Assembly: GCA_041562555.1 (NCBI GenBank)
Contig: JBFEXS010000005.1
Coordinates: 1-39,759, forward strand
Source of the DNA: Sulfurimonadaceae bacterium
GTDB lineage: Bacteria; Campylobacterota; Campylobacteria; Campylobacterales; Sulfurimonadaceae
Direction of reading: 5' to 3'
DNA: 39,759 bases
Part shown: piece by piece, positions 27,070 through 36,291 of the stretch
How positions within the stretch are numbered: the first letter of the stretch is position 1
Layout of the letters: each line of letters starts with the position of its first letter
The notes under the pieces: model-generated
Told to the model about the DNA's origin: nothing
What the model saw: only the letters and a program-made list of their open reading frames with translations
Databases searched by the model: none
Position numbers and translations under genes: made by a program

Positions 27070-28453
27070 ACTCCACCAGATATTTTTTCTCAACTTTTTA
27101 GCCATCTTTCTTGGTACCTTGATTATCTCTTCCCTTGTGGCATACCTCAGTATCAAAGACGCGACCATTCATGAAGATACTCACCAACTTCAAAAACAAA
27201 TCTCTATGCTGGAACTGCAGCTTCCCTATATTGACGATCTGGACCGTTTTGCCGCTGATATACATAAGGTGGCTAAGTTGCGTGTGACCCTGATCAATAA
27301 CGAAGGTCTTGTGCTGGCCGAGTCCAACAAGGACAAGACCACTCTTGACAATCACAGAAGTCGTCCTGAGATTATGGATGCTGCTGCCAATGAGTATGGC
27401 TCCATTACCCGTTATTCAGACACCATACACACCGATTTTTTATATGTTGCCAAAAAAGTCAACTATCGGGGCGAGATACTTTTCTTACGTCTGTCCATGA
27501 GCCTTGAAGCCGTGATGGAAGAGTTTTATGCTCTATGGTCGCGTCTGGCACTGGTATTTACCGTATTTGTCCTGATCAGTCTTATCATCGCCTATAAACT
27601 GAGTAAGAAGATTCACCATGACATCACACAGATCACCAATTATCTTAAAGAGATTTCGGGGAAAAACTACAAAGCAGTTATCAAACCCGAATATTTTTCC
27701 GAATTTCTGTATATCGCGCTCACGCTGAAAAACCTGGCCAAAAAACTCAACAACCGGGACAAACAGAAACGAAAATATACCGCAAGATTACGCCTTATCA
27801 ACAAGCAGCGAAATGACATCCTCTCAGCTATCAGCCATGAGTTTAAAAACCCTATTGCTTCGATTCAGGGATATGCAGAGACCCTGGTCGATGACCCTGA
27901 GGCAAACGAGAAGATTCGTACACGCTTTTTGAACAAGATCATGCAAAATGCCAAAAAGATCACAACCATGATCGATCGCCTCTCCCTTTCCGTTAAACTT
28001 GAGAATGAAGACCTCAGGGTAAAAATAAGCACCTTTGACATAGCCGAACTTACCCAAGAGGTCATCATGAACCTCGGGAAAAAATATAAGGACCGCATGA
28101 TCAGTTTCTCAGGGGAACACTATACCGTGAACGCCGATAAGACAATGATCGAGACCGTACTCATCAACCTCATCGATAATGCCATGAAATACTCTCAGGA
28201 TGACGTTACCGTCTCCATCATGGATAACAAGCTTATGGTCATCGACAAAGGTATGGGAATCGCCGAACAGGAGCTGGACAAGATCACCTCCAAGTTCTAC
28301 CGTGTACAAAAAAACACCTGGGATAATTCAATGGGATTGGGTCTGGCCATCGTCAGTTATGTACTCAAGCTTCACCACTCCGCGCTTATCATCGAGAGTA
28401 AGGAAGGCGAAGGTTCTCTTTTTGCCTTTGATTTAGAATCTCTGAAGGCATAA
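27062..28453 (+). CDS. phoR: Sensor histidine kinase, PhoR-like
   Basis: Two TM helices, DNH..RPE sensor motif, SHEFKNP H-box, NLIDNAMKY, D.G.GI and GLGL boxes. Confidence 0.88.
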   Translation: MLKLHQIFFLNFLAIFLGTLIISSLVAYLSIKDATIHEDTHQLQKQISMLELQLPYIDDLDRFAADIHKVAKLRVTLINNEGLVLAESNKDKTTLDNHRSRPEIMDAAANEYGSITRYSDTIHTDFLYVAKKVNYRGEILFLRLSMSLEAVMEEFYALWSRLALVFTVFVLISLIIAYKLSKKIHHDITQITNYLKEISGKNYKAVIKPEYFSEFLYIALTLKNLAKKLNNRDKQKRKYTARLRLINKQRNDILSAISHEFKNPIASIQGYAETLVDDPEANEKIRTRFLNKIMQNAKKITTMIDRLSLSVKLENEDLRVKISTFDIAELTQEVIMNLGKKYKDRMISFSGEHYTVNADKTMIETVLINLIDNAMKYSQDDVTVSIMDNKLMVIDKGMGIAEQELDKITSKFYRVQKNTWDNSMGLGLAIVSYVLKLHHSALIIESKEGEGSLFAFDLESLKA

Positions 28454-28476
28454 AAAACCCTTCAAAGCCCTTCTGC

Positions 28477-28510
28477 AGGTAACCTTGGTGTAATTATGTT
28501 TCAATAAACT
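28477..28510 (+). promoter_or_regulatory. Pho box plus -10 of pstCAB
   Basis: AGGTAAC-CTTG-GTGTAAT, then 10 nt, then TAAACT. Confidence 0.7.
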
Positions 28511-28598
28511 TCCCCTACAACATCCGTCTGGATCACGAAGGTCTGTGATCTCAACCGGTTGATCTCGTCTCTTTCATGAGCATACGGTAAGAAGTAAA

Positions 28599-29462
28599 AT
28601 GAACACAATACTGGACAGGTTTTTCCGTCTATCAACACTCTCTATTGCCTTATTGACACTCTTCGTAACAGGCTCTATTTTCGCTGTCTTGTTTCAAGAA
28701 GCTAAACCCGCCATCGACGCCTTCGGTTTCGGATTTTTAAGTGGAGATAAATGGGCACCGAACATTGAAAAGTTTGGTGCCTTTCCTGCTATTATGGGCT
28801 CCATTATGTCAACTGCTTTAGCCATGTTTTTAGCCATACCCATTGCTATCGGTATTGCAATATTCCTATCGGAGATAGCACATAAAAAACTCAAAGCACC
28901 TGTAGGTATCTCCATCGAACTGCTCGCAGCAATTCCTTCCGTGATCTATGGCATGTGGGGTCTGTTCTACTTTGTACCTATCATTCGCGATATGTTCGGC
29001 GGCCTGGGTATCGGATTACTGACGGCCGGTATCGTCCTTGCCGTCATGATACTGCCTTTTATGGCAGCGGTGACCAGGGATGCGATGAATACCACACCGG
29101 ATATCCTTAAGGAATCAGCCTATGCACTGGGGGGAACCAAATGGGATGTGATCAAAGACATTGTGATCCCCTATGCCAAAGCAGGGATCATCGGTGCTGC
29201 AATCCTGGCCCTTGGCCGTGCTATCGGTGAGACCATGGCCGTCACCTTTGTCATGGGCAATGTCCACAAGATACCTTCACTGATCACCGATCCCGCGACC
29301 TCTATTCCCGTTGCATTGGCAAACGAGTTTACAGAAGCAGATGAAGAACTCTATTTCTCCAGCCTCTTCTTCCTGGCACTGGTGCTTTTCCTGATCTCAT
29401 TCACCATTATCTCTTTTGCCAAGTTTGTCTTCTTGAAACGTGGTAAAAGGAGCAGACGATGA
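28599..29462 (+). CDS. pstC: Phosphate ABC transporter permease PstC
   Basis: ELLAAIPSVIYG, ESAYALG, GRAIGETMAV. Confidence 0.96.
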   Translation: MNTILDRFFRLSTLSIALLTLFVTGSIFAVLFQEAKPAIDAFGFGFLSGDKWAPNIEKFGAFPAIMGSIMSTALAMFLAIPIAIGIAIFLSEIAHKKLKAPVGISIELLAAIPSVIYGMWGLFYFVPIIRDMFGGLGIGLLTAGIVLAVMILPFMAAVTRDAMNTTPDILKESAYALGGTKWDVIKDIVIPYAKAGIIGAAILALGRAIGETMAVTFVMGNVHKIPSLITDPATSIPVALANEFTEADEELYFSSLFFLALVLFLISFTIISFAKFVFLKRGKRSRR

Positions 29463-30307
29463 CCCATACAGAAAAACGTATTCTTGTCAACAGAATCATC
29501 ATGGTACTCTCCACTGTTTCAGCCCTGATCGGTATCGGGTTTTTATTATGGATTCTCTCCATCCTTGTCCTAAACGGTATTGAAGCTATTAACTGGAATA
29601 TATTTATCTTCGAAGGAGCTCCTCCCGGATACGAGGAATCAGGTCTCAAACATGCGCTCATCGGACAGCTTTTACTCATCTGCATGGCCACGCTGATCGG
29701 TGTTCCATTGGGTGTACTGGGCGGAACTTATCTCAGCGAATACGGCGGTCTAAAATCCACCCTGGCCAATCTTGTGCGCGATATCTCCGATATCATGATG
29801 TCTGCACCCTCGATTGTCATAGGTTCTTTTGTGTATGCCATCATCGTCGCACCTATGGGAAATTTTAGCGGATGGGCAGGTATCACTGCACTTGTGATCA
29901 TCATGGTACCTATTATCCTTCGTACCACCGATGACATGCTCCAACTGGTCCCTTCCACCTTGCGTGAGGCAGCCTTTGCCCTTGGTGCTCCCAAATATAA
30001 AGTCATCCTGCAGGTCGTCTTGCGCGGTGCCAAGACAGGTATTTTAACAGGTGTCCTTCTCGGGGTTGCCAGAGTCTCAGGGGAAACAGCACCTTTGCTG
30101 TTTACCTCCTTTAATGACAACTTCTTGAATACTGATCTGTCTGAGCCTATCGCATCCCTGACAGTCACCATGTTCAACTATGCCACGAGTCCCTATGAAG
30201 ATTGGCAAAGGCTCGGATGGGCAGCTGCCTTCATCTTGTCCATGTTTATCCTCGGTCTTAATATCCTGGGCCGACTGCTGTTAATCACACGTAAAAAGAA
30301 ACAATAG
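29459..30307 (+). CDS. pstA: Phosphate ABC transporter permease PstA
   Basis: [28 protein letters not shown]. Confidence 0.96.
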   Translation: MTHTEKRILVNRIIMVLSTVSALIGIGFLLWILSILVLNGIEAINWNIFIFEGAPPGYEESGLKHALIGQLLLICMATLIGVPLGVLGGTYLSEYGGLKSTLANLVRDISDIMMSAPSIVIGSFVYAIIVAPMGNFSGWAGITALVIIMVPIILRTTDDMLQLVPSTLREAAFALGAPKYKVILQVVLRGAKTGILTGVLLGVARVSGETAPLLFTSFNDNFLNTDLSEPIASLTVTMFNYATSPYEDWQRLGWAAAFILSMFILGLNILGRLLLITRKKKQ

Positions 30308-30315
30308 GAATTACC

Positions 30316-31101
30316 ATGTCTACCATCATCGATATCCCCGAAGAAAAAGCACTGCAAGTCAAAAATTTTGAATTTACTTATGCCGGTGTCAGCGAGCCCA
30401 ATCTCAAAAATATCACTATGCCCATTGCAAAAAACAAGGTCACCGCACTGATAGGTCCCTCAGGGTGTGGAAAGACAACCCTTTTACGTTCATTCAACCG
30501 TATGCATGACCTCTATCCCGGTAATCAATATAGGGGAGAGATCATCTTTGAAGGACGTAATATCCTCAAAGAGAAAGAGGATATGATCAAGCTTCGTACG
30601 CAAATCGGCATGATCTTTCAAAAGCCGACCGCTTTTCCGATGAGCATTTTCGATAATGTTGCCTACGGTATGCGTCTAAAAGGTATCAAAAACAGGACCG
30701 AACTGCAGGACAGGGTTGAGAAGGCACTGCAAGATGCTGCCATATGGAAAGAGACCCAACACCGTCTCAAGGATGACGCTAACGGTCTTTCCGGAGGACA
30801 GCAACAGCGCCTGTGCATTGCCAGAGCTATTGCCGTTGAACCGGAAGTACTCCTGTTTGATGAGCCGACTTCAGCCCTCGATCCGATATCGACACAAGGT
30901 ATTGAAAGGCTCATCGTAGAACTCAAAGAGAAGGTCTCTATCCTTATCGTCACCCATAACATGCAACAAGCTGCACGGGTATCTGACTATACAGGATTTA
31001 TGTATCTTGGAAACCTTGTCGAGCTTGGTAAGACCGAGGAGCTTTTTGTCACACCGGCAGAAAAACTGACAGAAGAGTACATCACCGGAAAATTCGGATA
31101 A
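30316..31101 (+). CDS. pstB: Phosphate ABC transporter ATPase PstB
   Basis: [46 protein letters not shown]. Confidence 0.97.
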   Translation: MSTIIDIPEEKALQVKNFEFTYAGVSEPNLKNITMPIAKNKVTALIGPSGCGKTTLLRSFNRMHDLYPGNQYRGEIIFEGRNILKEKEDMIKLRTQIGMIFQKPTAFPMSIFDNVAYGMRLKGIKNRTELQDRVEKALQDAAIWKETQHRLKDDANGLSGGQQQRLCIARAIAVEPEVLLFDEPTSALDPISTQGIERLIVELKEKVSILIVTHNMQQAARVSDYTGFMYLGNLVELGKTEELFVTPAEKLTEEYITGKFG

Positions 31102-31187
31102 AAAGTAAATTACACAAAATCCTACAACGCCCTCGCCTTTTTATATACTTTTTGTTATAATCTATCATAATCAGGGGGGAGACTGCG

Positions 31188-32069
31188 GTGCGAGCTTTTT
31201 TATCACTTTTTTCTATGCTTATTTTTCTGGCATCTTGTAATGCACCCATTGAAAGCAAGCAGGTAAAGATCTCTGTCACGACATGGATAGGTTATACACC
31301 GCTCTTTTATGCAAAAGAGAAAGGGTGGCTTGAAAAGATCAATGTCAAATTGATCAATGTCGTCTCCTTAAGTGAGAATATGTATCTTTATCAAGCAGGG
31401 AACTCGGATGCCTACTGCGGCACCCAATACGAACACTCTATCCTCAAAAAGAAGATCCCTTCACTCGTACCTGTAATGCTTTTTGATCGCTCTAACGGTG
31501 GTGATATGATCATGGGAAACCATACCATCGAAGAGCTGCAAAAAAGTAACAAGAAAATTCATGTCTATCTGGAGATGGACTCTATCAACTATACCCTTTT
31601 ACAGGACTTCATTGCTAAATACGATATAGATGAAAGCCGTATCAACTATATCGACCGCGATCAGGCGGAGATCGCATCCTTACATAATACGGACAAAGAA
31701 AAGATTATGCTCATCGTGACCTATGTTCCCTTCGACTCCCGGCTGAAGAAAAACGGCTTCACGGAACTTCTGTCAACAAAACAGGGTCTTGATCTCTTTG
31801 TCATCGATGCACTTTTTACCAGGAAAGAGGAAGTCTTAGCGCATAAAAAACAGTTTACCACTCTGAAAAAAATGGTCGATAAGGCCATAGCAGAAGCACA
31901 AAAAGATCCCAAGAGCTTTTATGACGTTATCAAACCCTATCAAAATGATATCAGTTATGAAGAATTTGTAAACTCTTTACATGATATTACCTGGATCAAT
32001 CAAAAGCCTAGCGAAGAACTTATCAAACGCATGCAACAAGCCTCTCTTCCTACCAAAGATTTACTATGA
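31188..32069 (+). CDS. NMT1/SsuA-like periplasmic binding lipoprotein
   Basis: GTG start with GGAG RBS, lipobox LAS-C, WIGY.P.FYA.EKG and DRSNGGD motifs; no permease or ATPase adjacent. Confidence 0.85.
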   Translation: MRAFLSLFSMLIFLASCNAPIESKQVKISVTTWIGYTPLFYAKEKGWLEKINVKLINVVSLSENMYLYQAGNSDAYCGTQYEHSILKKKIPSLVPVMLFDRSNGGDMIMGNHTIEELQKSNKKIHVYLEMDSINYTLLQDFIAKYDIDESRINYIDRDQAEIASLHNTDKEKIMLIVTYVPFDSRLKKNGFTELLSTKQGLDLFVIDALFTRKEEVLAHKKQFTTLKKMVDKAIAEAQKDPKSFYDVIKPYQNDISYEEFVNSLHDITWINQKPSEELIKRMQQASLPTKDLL

Positions 32070-34051
32070 CCTTTACTGTCAAGCAGTTTATCCTCTCCCT
32101 TCTGTTGCTTGTCATGCTTATCTTGTATGGCCTCTTTATCAACTATTTCCTGCATCAACGAGAGCTGACCGCCAATGTTATTATGAATACCCTGCGCAAT
32201 GATCTTTCAGAACTTTCTTACGTGCTTTCAAAGCACATTAAAAAAGCGCCCATCAAGTCTGCGCGGGCTCTTCTTGATAGAAAAGCTGCCAATAATGCTT
32301 ATATCCGGGCCATTGCCGTCTTTGATGATGCCAAAATGCTCGTCAGTACGGACCAAACAGTTCTCAATACCAAAGATTCCCACCCTGCTTATCATACATA
32401 TAATGAAAGCATTTACGATCATCTCATGCATGCCGAAGTACTGGAGGAAGAGCTTCGTTATTATGAAGGCAAAGATCTAAAGTCCTATCGTCTTCTTTTT
32501 TATATCGAAAAAGATTACATCAGGGCCCATTTTGCTCAGAAAAAAAACCGGTTTATCCTGCTCTTTGTCTTTATTCCCATCATTATGATCACCCTCATGT
32601 GGATCAGTATACGCAAGTTCATCATCTTTCCCCTGGAAGCTCTTCGACGCTATGCCCATGAACAATCTCACGTTCCCGCCAAGATTCATATACGCGAACT
32701 TGAATATATACGTACCACTTTAGCAAAGACCTTCACCCGATTGGAAGAAGAACGCGAAGACCTTTACAAGCTCTCCCGCACCGATACCTTGAGCGGTCTT
32801 GCCAATAGAAACTACCTGCATGAGAAGGTTGATGAGATCATTGCACAGCATCAGCGTGAAGAAAAAGAGTTTGCACTGCTTTTTCTGGATCTGGACCATT
32901 TCAAGTCGATAAATGACTCCTTAGGTCATGATATAGGTGATGAACTTCTTAAAAAAATTGCACACGCCATACATAATATCCTTAGGGGAAACGATTTTGT
33001 TGCACGTATCGGCGGGGATGAGTTTGTTATCGTATTGACCCATTACGATGATGAGTTTGAACTCATTGAGATCGTCAAACGCATTCAAGAACAGCTTATG
33101 AAACCATGGCAAATCCAGACCTTTCCAATACACGTGACTTCGAGCATAGGTATCACTACCTATCCAAAAGACGGAAAAGATATGCTCACTCTCATGAAAA
33201 ATGCAGATATCGCTATGTATGAGGCAAAAGAGAAGGGCCGACAGGGATATCACTTCTTCACCAAAGAGCTTAACCAAAAGACCCAGGAGTATATTGAGCT
33301 CACCAACAACATGCGCGATGCCTTTAAAGACAACCAATATGAGCTCTATTACCAACCTCAAAACAGAGTCAAAGATTCACAGATTATTGGCGCAGAAGCC
33401 CTTATACGATGGAAGCATCCAGAGAAAGGCATGATCTCACCCTATATCTTTATTCCTATTGCCGAACACAACGGCTTTATCGTTGAGCTCGGGATGTGGA
33501 TACTTGAAAATGCATTGAAACAAAAAAAGGCCTGGGAAGACAAAGGGATCGAACTCAAGCTCTCTATCAACATCGCAGCAAAACAGATGCAACACGAAAA
33601 CTTTCTGCACGACCTAAGATCCCTGCTGAAGAAATATCCAGTGAATACCCGTCAACTGTACTTTGAGATCACTGAATATATATTCTTGCACAACAGTCAT
33701 GCCGTCATTAAAACATTTGAAGCCATCAAAGAACTTGGTATCAGTCTCTCCCTGGACGATTTCGGAACGGGTTATTCCTCTCTCTCCTATCTCAAAACCT
33801 TCCCTATCGATTCCCTCAAGATCGATAAAACCTTTATGGATGACTTTAGCAGCAAAAATGGCTCTGTCTTCATACAGACGATCATCAATATGGCTTCCAC
33901 CCTCAATCTCGAGGTCGTTTGCGAAGGTGTAGAGCTTCAAGAACAGGTAAATTACCTCAAAACCCTTCAATGTGAATATTATCAGGGATACATATGCAGT
34001 CCGCCTCTACCAATCGATGAATTTGAAGAACTTTATATGCAACAAGATTAA
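32066..34051 (+). CDS. Membrane GGDEF-EAL protein (diguanylate cyclase/phosphodiesterase)
   Basis: Two TM helices, HAMP-like linker, intact GGDEF, EAL and DDFGTGYSS; ATGA overlap with the binding-protein gene. Confidence 0.93.
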   Translation: MTFTVKQFILSLLLLVMLILYGLFINYFLHQRELTANVIMNTLRNDLSELSYVLSKHIKKAPIKSARALLDRKAANNAYIRAIAVFDDAKMLVSTDQTVLNTKDSHPAYHTYNESIYDHLMHAEVLEEELRYYEGKDLKSYRLLFYIEKDYIRAHFAQKKNRFILLFVFIPIIMITLMWISIRKFIIFPLEALRRYAHEQSHVPAKIHIRELEYIRTTLAKTFTRLEEEREDLYKLSRTDTLSGLANRNYLHEKVDEIIAQHQREEKEFALLFLDLDHFKSINDSLGHDIGDELLKKIAHAIHNILRGNDFVARIGGDEFVIVLTHYDDEFELIEIVKRIQEQLMKPWQIQTFPIHVTSSIGITTYPKDGKDMLTLMKNADIAMYEAKEKGRQGYHFFTKELNQKTQEYIELTNNMRDAFKDNQYELYYQPQNRVKDSQIIGAEALIRWKHPEKGMISPYIFIPIAEHNGFIVELGMWILENALKQKKAWEDKGIELKLSINIAAKQMQHENFLHDLRSLLKKYPVNTRQLYFEITEYIFLHNSHAVIKTFEAIKELGISLSLDDFGTGYSSLSYLKTFPIDSLKIDKTFMDDFSSKNGSVFIQTIINMASTLNLEVVCEGVELQEQVNYLKTLQCEYYQGYICSPPLPIDEFEELYMQQD

Positions 34052-34085
34052 CAAGTCATCCCTCAAAAGACAACACCTTATCCAG

Positions 34086-34772
34086 CTAGTCAATAAAGGT
34101 GACGACTTCTTCCATAGGAACACGTTCAGGCTGGTAGCTGTTTTGAATAGCAGACGTATCCTCATATCCTAAGACCACACTATACAGCAGTGCTAGATTA
34201 TCCGGAAGATCGAGCACTTTGGAAATTATCTTTCCATACTCAGTCGTCGATCCCTGGGGACATGAATCCACGCCATATGCCTGAGCAGCGAGCATAATAC
34301 TCTGCATATAGGCACCGCAATCAATAAAAGCTCCCTGAGCACCATCGATCAATGACATGTCTGTACATACAAAAAAGACGGTCTGTGCACCAAACCAGCG
34401 ATAGTTATCATACCAAAGCTCCTGACGACGCTCCTTGTCCTTACGATCAACACCCATCTTTTCGTATAAACCTACTCCTGTCTGAATACGGCGAAGTTTA
34501 TATGGGTTCTTCCATTTTAAAGGATAATACTGAATGAACTGATCCACATCTCCACCGGCATCGATATGCTTGATAATCTCATCACCTATCTTGTCAAGTA
34601 CCTCTTTATTTGAAATAGCATACACCACCCAAGGCTGCATATTCGCACCAGAAGGTGTCATCGCTGCTGCAGCTAAAATCTGTTCTTGTATCTCTTTTTC
34701 TACAGGTGTGTTTAAAAACTTTCTTTTTGATGAACGGTGTTTAATCGCATCAATTATTGATATGTTTTTCAT
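34086..34772 (-). CDS. Nitroreductase family protein
   Basis: RSSKRKF, PSGANMQPW, DCGAYMQSIMLAA, G..SCPQ. Confidence 0.92.
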   Translation of the reverse strand: MKNISIIDAIKHRSSKRKFLNTPVEKEIQEQILAAAAMTPSGANMQPWVVYAISNKEVLDKIGDEIIKHIDAGGDVDQFIQYYPLKWKNPYKLRRIQTGVGLYEKMGVDRKDKERRQELWYDNYRWFGAQTVFFVCTDMSLIDGAQGAFIDCGAYMQSIMLAAQAYGVDSCPQGSTTEYGKIISKVLDLPDNLALLYSVVLGYEDTSAIQNSYQPERVPMEEVVTFID

Positions 34773-34796
34773 CTTGATTCCTTTATCACATTTCGA

Positions 34797-35717
34797 TTAG
34801 TAGTCTATACTAAAACCAATTCCAAAATTATATCCTTCTAATCCTTCAGCTCTTACAGTACTCACTTCCGTATAAAACCGTCTTGCCCAGGAAGGAGACT
34901 CCGGCGTGTTCCAGTAAGCCACGGCTCCCACATTAAGATAGCGGCTCAAACCAACCACATCCATGATATCGCCATGCAGATAATTCGCCCTGATATAGCT
35001 CTCAAGACTTAGATAGTTTTGCTCATACCTTAGTAACGCAGGGGTTTCTGCTCCCAAGGAAACACTCGTCACATCTGATTGTGTTTTAAAACCACTTAAT
35101 ACGTCCAAGGTGAAGTCCGCCTTTGTCTCATAGGATTTGAATGCAGCCTTTGTATAGAGTCTGTATTGACGTATCTTCTTCTCATACTCTGCACTGAGCA
35201 TAATCTTATAGGAGATATTATTATTATATTCATCATCAAAGAAGTCTTCTATTGCTCCACCTATGTCATCTTTGGGCTTTACGCTGGTTCCGACACGAGA
35301 ATAGATAACACCCAGGCTCCCCATAAAATCTATACCGAGGTCACTTCGATACCGTAGTCCACCGCCAATACCTGCTGTATATGTCTGTAACTTGTTATCA
35401 TGGGTCAATTCAATATCTCCACTCGCTGTCCTTTGGACCGTTTGTGTATCCAAACGAGTGATAGAATATCCAAAACCTCCATTGATAAACCAATTCATAG
35501 TGTCATCAAAAGTCTCAAAATGACGTGTGAAGGGAAGAGTATATGTCTGCATCTTAAACTCTGAATTGGTAAAGCGGTAATGTCCTGAACTCAAGCCCGA
35601 TTCAGAGGTAAATATTAATAAGGCATTAATATTTGATAAATAGACTTTTTGCGCTGTCTCCTGAGGGGTCTGAGCAAGAAGCAGATTACATAAGGCTACA
35701 AGTAATAAAAATCTCAT
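34797..35717 (-). CDS. Outer-membrane beta-barrel protein (solitary autotransporter-barrel-like)
   Basis: Signal peptide from MRFLL, alternating beta-strands, C-terminal aromatic (GFSIDY), no passenger domain. Confidence 0.7.
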   Translation of the reverse strand: MRFLLLVALCNLLLAQTPQETAQKVYLSNINALLIFTSESGLSSGHYRFTNSEFKMQTYTLPFTRHFETFDDTMNWFINGGFGYSITRLDTQTVQRTASGDIELTHDNKLQTYTAGIGGGLRYRSDLGIDFMGSLGVIYSRVGTSVKPKDDIGGAIEDFFDDEYNNNISYKIMLSAEYEKKIRQYRLYTKAAFKSYETKADFTLDVLSGFKTQSDVTSVSLGAETPALLRYEQNYLSLESYIRANYLHGDIMDVVGLSRYLNVGAVAYWNTPESPSWARRFYTEVSTVRAEGLEGYNFGIGFSIDY

Positions 35718-35729
35718 GTGCCAGTATAC

Positions 35730-35810
35730 AAAAAAACCCATTAGAAAAATCTCTTCAAACAGGATGATCGCAGATAGCGTACAGGTCTGGTCTCTGATAT
35801 TTCCATTAGG
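35730..35810 (-). ncRNA. Possible small hairpin RNA or attenuator ending in U7
   Basis: CCUAAUGGAAAUAUC pairs with GAUUUUUCUAAUGGG (with G-U pairs) and is followed by seven U. Confidence 0.3.
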
Positions 35811-35883
35811 ATTATTTATATTTCTATACTTTGCTTTATGTTACACTATGTATACTGATTTATCTTAAATATAAAGGCACCCC

Positions 35884-36291
35884 TTGCCAACAGAAACAAC
35901 CCTTGAACAGACCTCATTTTTGGGAAAGTGTTATATCCATTGGAAAACACGACATTATGGTCGTAAGATTGAAGCTATCGCTTTACTGATAAGTGTCGCT
36001 ATCTATATGAACAAAAAAATATACGAGGAGGAGCTCAAGAGTGCTTCTCGATATCTTTTAAACCTTATGGAACATCCTGCTGATGTAGAGAACGTCATGG
36101 AATACGTCAAAATGAAACTAAACGCTTATCAAGAGGATAACGAGAGCTGGCTGGAAGATAGACAGGAGGCCTTTAATCTTATCATTAAAAATGAAGAACT
36201 CTATGACTGTATGAGTGACATCTTCAACTCGGACGAAAGTTTTGATGAGAGTGAAGAGATCTTTGAAGAGGCCTTGAAACGTCTCTTATGA
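35884..36291 (+). CDS. Hypothetical protein coupled to cca
   Basis: TTG start with AAGG RBS and TATACT -10; ATGA overlap with cca; helical and acidic. Confidence 0.75.
   Translation: MPTETTLEQTSFLGKCYIHWKTRHYGRKIEAIALLISVAIYMNKKIYEEELKSASRYLLNLMEHPADVENVMEYVKMKLNAYQEDNESWLEDRQEAFNLIIKNEELYDCMSDIFNSDESFDESEEIFEEALKRLL

Noticed and set aside
31174..31179. Poly-G tract as a phase-variation site
   Set aside because: Only six G, shorter than typical phase-variable tracts, and part of the SD region.
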